From positions 1 through 59,752 of the IMG/VR virus record IMGVR_UViG_3300021514_000001: a stretch of DNA of 59,752 nt, one strand, 5' to 3'. Position 1 is the stretch's first letter; every line of letters begins with the position of its first letter. Shown here one piece after another: positions 56,864-59,752 of this stretch. The DNA is from a virus (lineage: Duplodnaviria > Caudoviricetes). The notes under the pieces were generated by a model that saw nothing but the letters and a program-made list of their open reading frames with translations, was not told where the DNA came from and did no database searches. The position numbers and the translations under genes were made by a program.

Positions 56864-57552
56864 CGGGTTGGGTTCTCCTAGTGGTTGTAAGTGGTGGATA
56901 AAATAGGGGGGGTGATCGCTTTTTCGTTAGTGTGCTAGGCTGCCGTTCCTCTAGTAGCGAATAACTAAAATTACTATGACCATGATCTTTGTTTTTTCCT
57001 GTTCGCGTCGTTCTGGCTTACTCGGCGTTTCCCTTCTTCGTTCCGTTTTCTACGGCAAGTCATGAAGAGGATCGCTATAAAATCGTGGGCGTTTCATCAT
57101 TCTGGTTAGGCTTTCTCTAGCTGATGCCGCATAGATCATCGTTGATCATTATTCCGTCGTTTTCGGGTGGTTCTCGTTGTCGAGTCCTAGTATCTTACTC
57201 TCGGCGGTGCGTCCATATGGAAATAACTAGCGGTGGGATTTCTCAGCGTTGCCGTATGCGCGTTTTCCTCATGTCGGGCGTGATGTCGCTAAAATTAGGC
57301 GATGTTTTGCATAATTTGAGGGGCGATCTGATGTCTAGGCGTTTATACGGGGCTTGGCTGATCCTTTGATCCTACTGTCGCGTGGTCTGGCGTGGGGCTT
57401 TATTGCGTTTTTCCCTTTACAATAAGTCCGGTCAATAGCGGATCGCTTCGCGGTCGTTTGCTGTGTTGGTCTAGTTATTCGTTTTGTAAAGTTCGGGCGC
57501 TGTGTCTGCGCTGATCTTGGTCGTTATCTGGTGCGGGTAGCGGGTGCTCGTT

Positions 57553-58980
57553 TTACTTGGAAGCTCTGCGGGCTATGTTTTTCGCTGTGCCTGATCTTTC
57601 TTTTCCTTCTCTCACCCAAGCGATGTCTGTATTGCTTGCGGCTGTCATGGCGGCATCTCTGGCGGTATAGTGCGCGAATCCTCCGACCTCTTTTATGGTG
57701 CTGTGATAATTACGGGATAATTCGCCTGCGTGGTATTTAGTAGATCGATCTCCAGCTTTTAGCATCTGTAAAAGGCTGCCTGCTTTTTGATCGCAACCTT
57801 TAGCATCTCCAAGCACAAATAGTGCTTGTGGGTTTTTTGCCGCGTCCATTATGCGGCGCATATAATGAAGTTGAAACTCGTTTTCTGTTAGGTCAAGATG
57901 TCCACTGATCATATATGTAATTTCGCGGGTTACGTTTTGGGCTTTGCTGATCCTGGTGTCCAGCTGGCTTAACTGTTGGCGGAGCGTTTCACGTTGGCGG
58001 AGCATGGCGGATAGTGTGATCTTGTCGTTGTTGGTGTCAATGTCGGCGGTATATTTTTTTACAGCTTTGTTAAAATAGGCTTGGTTTTTCGCGTCTTGTT
58101 TGTGGATATATGCGGCGGCGGTTCGTATCACGTCGGTATGGCAATCTTTCCGGTTATCACAATAACATATTAACGGGGTCGTTGGCTCGATCTTTCGTAA
58201 TTCTGCCATAATTTCGGGATCATTGGCTTTGATCTTGCGGTCTAGATCGATTCTGTATGCGGCTATATTTTCGGCCGTTGTGCCTTTGGTGTTGTAGTTT
58301 GCTAGGGGTGATGCTTTCGCCTTTCGCGCTTTGTGTGTTCGGCCGCAGTAGATCGCGGCTGTCGGGCGTGATACGTGCGGATCATCTATGCAATCCTGCA
58401 AGGTATTCCAGCGTCTTTTTCCGTTCGTGTATTGGTTCAGGTTCACGCGGTAGGCAGCAGCGGGCTTGATCGGTTGTGATTTTTTTGGCTGATCTTTTAG
58501 CGGGGTTGGTTCGCGTGGCGTGTCGGGCGTGATCTTGATCTTGCGGTTGATGATCTTTACGTCGTGCGCTCGTGCCATGTTCAGCAGATCATTATCGCCT
58601 ATGCTCAGGGCTCTAGTTGATCCTTCAAGTACCATTAGATAATCGCTATTGGTGATCAAGTTCCCTAATGCTCGGCGTTTGGCGTTTGCGTTGTGTTTTT
58701 TGTCGTTGTTTTTGTATCGGGGGTGGTACGTCTTGGCGGTGATCCTGGTGTATTTTTTTACTGCGTTGTGAAGATAATCGGAGGCTTTGCGTTTATTGTC
58801 GGGTAGGTGGATCACAACTGGCTTTGTGGTTCGTTCTATAAAATAAGCAAGTTGTCGATCGATCTCGGCGTTTATGTCGTGGGTCGTTGTCTCGCTTAAA
58901 AAAGCGGGGGGTAAAATCATGGCGAGATCGTGGTGATCTTTTGTCTTGGCGGTTGTCTCGGTCTGCGGTTGGTTTTTCAT
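57553..58980 (-). CDS. Multidomain protein: SLOG-like + DUF4326-like + SLOG-like
   Basis: Centre AIYCGR...SPLAN...IAAY...LICYC...CHTDVI; C-terminal ISGH...VLGDAKGCD...RDAAMTAAS...SGTAKNI; N-terminal LITNSDYLMVL...ARAHDVKI. Confidence 0.75.
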   Translation of the reverse strand: MKNQPQTETTAKTKDHHDLAMILPPAFLSETTTHDINAEIDRQLAYFIERTTKPVVIHLPDNKRKASDYLHNAVKKYTRITAKTYHPRYKNNDKKHNANAKRRALGNLITNSDYLMVLEGSTRALSIGDNDLLNMARAHDVKIINRKIKITPDTPREPTPLKDQPKKSQPIKPAAAYRVNLNQYTNGKRRWNTLQDCIDDPHVSRPTAAIYCGRTHKARKAKASPLANYNTKGTTAENIAAYRIDLDRKIKANDPEIMAELRKIEPTTPLICYCDNRKDCHTDVIRTAAAYIHKQDAKNQAYFNKAVKKYTADIDTNNDKITLSAMLRQRETLRQQLSQLDTRISKAQNVTREITYMISGHLDLTENEFQLHYMRRIMDAAKNPQALFVLGDAKGCDQKAGSLLQMLKAGDRSTKYHAGELSRNYHSTIKEVGGFAHYTARDAAMTAASNTDIAWVREGKERSGTAKNIARRASK

Positions 58981-59034
58981 TGGTTCTCCAGGGTGCGCTC
59001 CATGTGGAGCACACCTATAAATGATGCGGGTCTG

Positions 59035-59514
59035 TTATCTAACTTCGTGCAATTGGTCAAGAAGTGCGGCGATCTTTTTGTCTAGGTGATCGATCATCGC
59101 CTGCGGGGGCGTATCGTCGCTTAGGTGGATCGCTTCGTATCTTACAAGTGTGTATGCCTGCAAGTATGCGGCGGTCACGTCAAAAATATAGCCATTGGGG
59201 TTAGGGCTGCCAGCGCAAGCGGTCAAGTATCGATCTTTTACTTCCATGTATTCGGATACGGTGCGGGCGAGTTCTTCAACGGTGGGCATGTTTTCGGGCG
59301 AGATCTCCATGATAGGGAAGTTTTGATCTTGCCATAATCTGAGGGCGTACTCTTGCCTGCCGTTTTCAGACATTTTATTCTCAAGTCCATAAAAAGAGCT
59401 GTAGCTATTGGTTTCCTCTACCATAGCTAAATAAACAAATGGGGTAGCGTGTGCGGGATCTAAGAATAATACTGCGGCGTATGTCTTGGTCTCGGTCTGC
59501 GGTTGGTTTGTCAT
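59035..59514 (-). CDS. Hypothetical protein sharing its N-terminus with 57553-58980
   Basis: AGGAG RBS; MTNQPQTETKT. Confidence 0.7.
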   Translation of the reverse strand: MTNQPQTETKTYAAVLFLDPAHATPFVYLAMVEETNSYSSFYGLENKMSENGRQEYALRLWQDQNFPIMEISPENMPTVEELARTVSEYMEVKDRYLTACAGSPNPNGYIFDVTAAYLQAYTLVRYEAIHLSDDTPPQAMIDHLDKKIAALLDQLHEVR

Positions 59515-59654
59515 GTTTCAATCTCCTATTGTATAACTATAAAATTGCTAACTTTATGAGCATCCGCCCACAAAGTATTCTACCTCCTTTTTACGTATTG
59601 AGCAACTATTAAGGGGGGCAAATTGGAAACTCGTTTTTTGCTCATAATCGGGTT

Positions 59655-59752
59655 GGCGGATCGCTGCATCCTGGCGGATCGCTGCATCCTGGCGGATCGC
59701 TGCATCCTGGCGGATCGCTGCATCCTGGCGGATCGCTGCATCCTGGCGGATC
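59655..59752. repeat. 18-bp tandem repeat GGCGGATCGCTGCATCCT, 5 copies plus a partial
   Basis: Identical to nt 1-98. Confidence 0.98.

Larger units (their letters stand above)
1..59752. mobile_element. Complete or near-complete tailed dsDNA bacteriophage genome (siphovirus-like), probably circularly assembled
   Basis: Full head, neck, tail, lysis and replication gene sets with no host housekeeping genes; the last 98 nt are identical to the first 98 nt (same 18-bp array, same orientation); no tail sheath seen. Confidence 0.92.

Noticed and set aside
59655-59752. Telomere or inverted terminal repeat of a linear replicon
   Set aside because: The two ends are in direct orientation and overlap exactly, as expected from circular assembly; no protelomerase or terminal-protein polymerase seen
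1-59752. Integrase/lysogeny module, partition system, tRNA genes
   Set aside because: No recombinase, CI-peptidase, ParA or cloverleaf/T-loop signatures recognised by eye; tRNAscan-SE and HMM searches would be needed to exclude them fully

Overview
The window looks like a complete or near-complete ~59.7 kb tailed dsDNA phage genome, probably a siphovirus, opened inside an 18-bp tandem array (1-114 and 59655-59752). There are three modules. (i) A + strand replication module (1763-8117): HTH initiator with an internal origin-like palindrome and iterons, DnaB, VRR-NUC nuclease and a D12-class adenine MTase. (ii) A - strand morphogenesis/lysis module (43124 to 8611): putative TerS, a block of small genes with two phage Dam-type MTases, TerL, portal, scaffold, capsid, neck, two paralogous tail-tube genes, tail chaperone with a -1 frameshift, tape measure, tail tip, holins, a glycoside hydrolase-like + M23 endolysin and a 1502-aa repeat fibre. 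(iii) A - strand accessory, probably early, arm (59514 to 44908) resembling a plasmid/ICE leading region: SLOG-like and DUF4326-like proteins, NADAR, SSB, a MTase-SNF2 helicase-J-domain fusion and a lipoprotein. I found no integrase, CI-type repressor, tRNA, CRISPR array or reverse transcriptase. Genome-wide ACGGCCGT over-representation suggests a Chloroflexota (Anaerolineae-like) host (inference). The most interesting items are the NADAR/SLOG/DUF4326 cluster (two of its genes share an N-terminal peptide, and the DNA is very GATC-dense), the MTase-helicase-J-domain fusion, and three strand-polarised structured-RNA candidates. All family assignments are by-eye motif recognition and all counts are manual.
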